DNA of 63,034 nt, the filler included, from Folioceros fuciformis (Eukaryota): NCBI GenBank assembly GCA_049999805.1. It is 8 parts of 8 records of this genome, joined end to end, with 100 filler letters (N's around TTAATTAATTAA, not from the genome) between each part and the next. Parts side by side here need not be neighbours in the genome. Positions count along the whole stretch, not along the records: positions 59,724 to 63,034 come from JBNGIO010005865.1; 7 more parts are not named here. One strand, written 5' to 3'. The notes under the pieces were generated by a model that saw only the letters and a program-made list of their open reading frames with translations, was not told the origin of the DNA and did not search any database. Both the position numbers and the translations under genes were made by a program. Below, piece after piece: positions 60,311-63,034 of the stretch. The number at the start of each line of letters is the position of its first letter. Position 1 is the first letter of the stretch.

Positions 60311-63034
60311 TCAACAATCTACAACAAGCCCCTTATCCTTGCACTTCATTATGCATTCATCACAAAGCCATGCTGTTTTCTTGTCTTCCAAGTATCTCAC
60401 TCGTGTCAACTGAAATAACTTCCACATTTGGTTGCGAGATTGAATGGACTTGATAACCTCTTTCAACCCTCCATCCATGGCCACTTCCCCATCATCCCTA
60501 TTTATAGCTTGCATTAGCACCAATTCACTATTGGCCAACATGGATTCTGTCACTAATGCAAGTCCTTTCATACCATTTGGTGTGTCTATCCCAGCAGCCA
60601 CATGAAGCCCTACTTTGGCTAGACAAAAGAACATCTTGACAGCATTCACCAAAAGCTTGCGAATCCACTTACAATTTTTCTCCTCTACAACCATAGCATA
60701 GCCAGGTTGTCCTTGCACTACGTGATTCCCACCCCTCTCTTCGCACATGAGACATAGACGAACCACCACACCAACTTGAACCAAGCTTTTAGCATTTCTA
60801 CGATAGATACATTATCACGAGAAATGTAAGGACGACAAGGTAAGGTGGAGGAACTATGATACCCAATAATGTCACTTATGAGCGACTCCAATAAGCCCAA
60901 AGTATCCCTTTTGAAATTTGTTAGCTTCTCATCATTGAACTTGATGGCCCTCAAAAACTCCTCTTTATCGCAATCTAATTTTCTGATAAGTTCCCCATGA
61001 TGCATAACAAGTTCCCCATGATGCATAACAAGTTCCCCATGATGCATAACTTGGTTGTCCTTGATATTCTTCACATCCTTTTGTATATTGTTCAACACAT
61101 ATTCCATGCCTTCCAATCTTGTTCCACCCAAAAGATCAGAACGACACCTTACAAAGGAGAACTTGTTGAAGTCATACTTGCAGAAGGATCATTTGACTTT
61201 GAGCTTGTAATTGTCTCTTTTGATGTCATAGACAAACCATCACCTCCACCTCCACCTTTTAGCTTGCCATGTGTAAGAGCATCCGCCATTTTCAATATGG
61301 AATGATGTTGATCCTTGTGAAACTTAGCATTTTCCCTCACTATCTTGCTCAAGTCTTCTACGTCCAAGAGTTCTACTATGGCATCCCGTGTTGTATGTTA
61401 CACATGTCCAGGAATTTCAAGCCAATAATATCTACTATGCGATATGTTGCTCATAGTAAAGTATCCTTTCCCGCACTTCAAAGCTTGCTTTTCATCTAGA
61501 AGATATTCTCTATAATCCTTTTCCAACCATGCATGCCCATGTTTATCATTGCAAGGTATCAAGTTGCCTACACAATAGGGATTGATGATACCTTGCACCA
61601 ATGTAACTCTCGGGCAACCTTTTGGTGAAGCACAAAAAGCTCTCAACTTGTCAAGGATGTGATGTTTCACAAATGCATTAGCCAAACTTGGACTTTGTTT
61701 TGATCTGATGAGTACGTAGACATATTCACCAATCACATCTCCACCACTCAATTCTATCAAAATATTATGTTGTCACAAGCCATTGAGATAAGATTGTAAC
61801 CAAACTTGTATTGATGAGGATTCATTCTAAAGTTGGTCTTAGAAAAGAGATGATTTTATAAGGCCACCTACAACAGGGGAAACACGAGTGAATGCAAGTA
61901 GCTACACTATGTAGATTAGCATCTTTGTCATATTCTTGAAAGTAAGTACTTCATACAAAGAAGTAAAGCGTACCTAAAACCGTGGAAAAAAACCCTCAAT
62001 TAAGACCATTCGAAGAGAATCTTCACATTGCAATTGACGTCCAAACAAATCGTATTGCTTTCCTTGCTTATCGCATCCAGATAACCATTGTACAACTTTC
62101 TTCTTGTCCAATGGGGGACAAATTGTTGTTGGAATGAAGAAGCCTTGTACTTGACCATCTTCTAGAGTGGCTTCATAGCACAATTCTAATGCCACCATAA
62201 TATTCATCAAGTCTTGGGTTTTCTGGTTAGTGTACTTAGCATCATTAACAAATATAGAATTGAAGACATGTTCGGATAGTATCATCTTATAAATCCTTGT
62301 TCATTAGTTTCTTTGAGTAAAGGACTATGTGCTTGTATAAGTTGACCTAAGAAGTGCTCCGTCATCCAGTTTGGATTTATTATTCTGATATTAATTTTTT
62401 TAAAATAAAGAACATTTCACTATCATGTAGATAAGATGAAATAGCCTTTATAATGTTGATTTGGTCAGCACACTCTCAGCTAGTTAATTCTTCACACTTG
62501 GACATACAAAAGTTTGTAAACTCATCTTGAATCATTAAGGGTTGAGATTGGTTTTATAGTGACTAGTTTATCAAGGCACTAGTTACCTTCTCATAGACTT
62601 TTTAGTTTGATAAATTCTTCTTTTAAAATATTATGGATGGGCTTTTTCTCTTTTTCAAACTTATCTAGATGACTGATTATTACAAATAATTTTGGTTTTT
62701 TCTTACCCCTTTCTTGCATATTAGATGAAATAAACTTCAACCAATAACTAAATTGTTTTTGAAATTGTGTACTTATTTCATTACCATTTAAAAGCTTTGT
62801 TAATTGAAAAAGACAAAACACAAATAAAAATAAGCAAGCTTGGTAAATATTAGGGAAGAGGTAGTCATGCAGAATATGATACTCATGTTGACCAAATAAA
62901 TCCCAAAAGCTTGCTTGCAAAAGATGGAGGAGGGACTCCATTGCTATGCCTTCAGTTTTCCTCCATGGCTTCCATATAAACTTCTTTATCCGCATTCTCC
63001 ATTCTTTTCATTTTCCTTGAGAATGATGGAATTT
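60311..63034 (-). pseudogene. TORNADO1-like ROCO (ROC GTPase-COR) gene, frameshifted; 5' part beyond the window
   Basis: KTEGI and WDLFGQHEYHILHDYLFP (cf. TRN1 WNLAGQHEF..LHDLMFP), SHLDK G4-like motif, COR-like LELCYE and GFFPR; putative intron 61973-61868; multiple stops and frameshifts. Confidence 0.75.
60988..61050 (-). repeat. In-frame 21-bp tandem repeat (VMHHGEL x3)
   Basis: AAGTTCCCCATGATGCATAAC repeated three times. Confidence 0.9.

Overview
Draft-assembly window from a land-plant genome, most likely a non-seed plant such as a fern, lycophyte or bryophyte (inferred from the PLS-PPR and TORNADO1-like ROCO remnants). It consists of eight contigs joined by artificial N44-TTAATTAATTAA-N44 spacers. 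Most of the sequence is nested, decayed LTR retrotransposons: about nine Ty1/copia pieces (one full-length element with a near-identical second copy) and several Athila-like Ty3/gypsy pieces (tRNA-Asp PBS, one ~4.3 kb LTR). Host-like remnants are an ALY/REF-like first exon with duplicated UAP56-binding motifs, RPB5-like exons, a PPR fragment and a TORNADO1-like ROC-COR pseudogene. The most notable signal is in two different copia elements. Each carries, between pol and the PPT, an antisense gene with a ~97-99 nt phase-1 intron at the same 'SFY|R' position. One of these reconstructs to a ~317-aa protein with an AT-hook, a candidate undescribed copia accessory gene. All homology calls were made by eye, without database searches.
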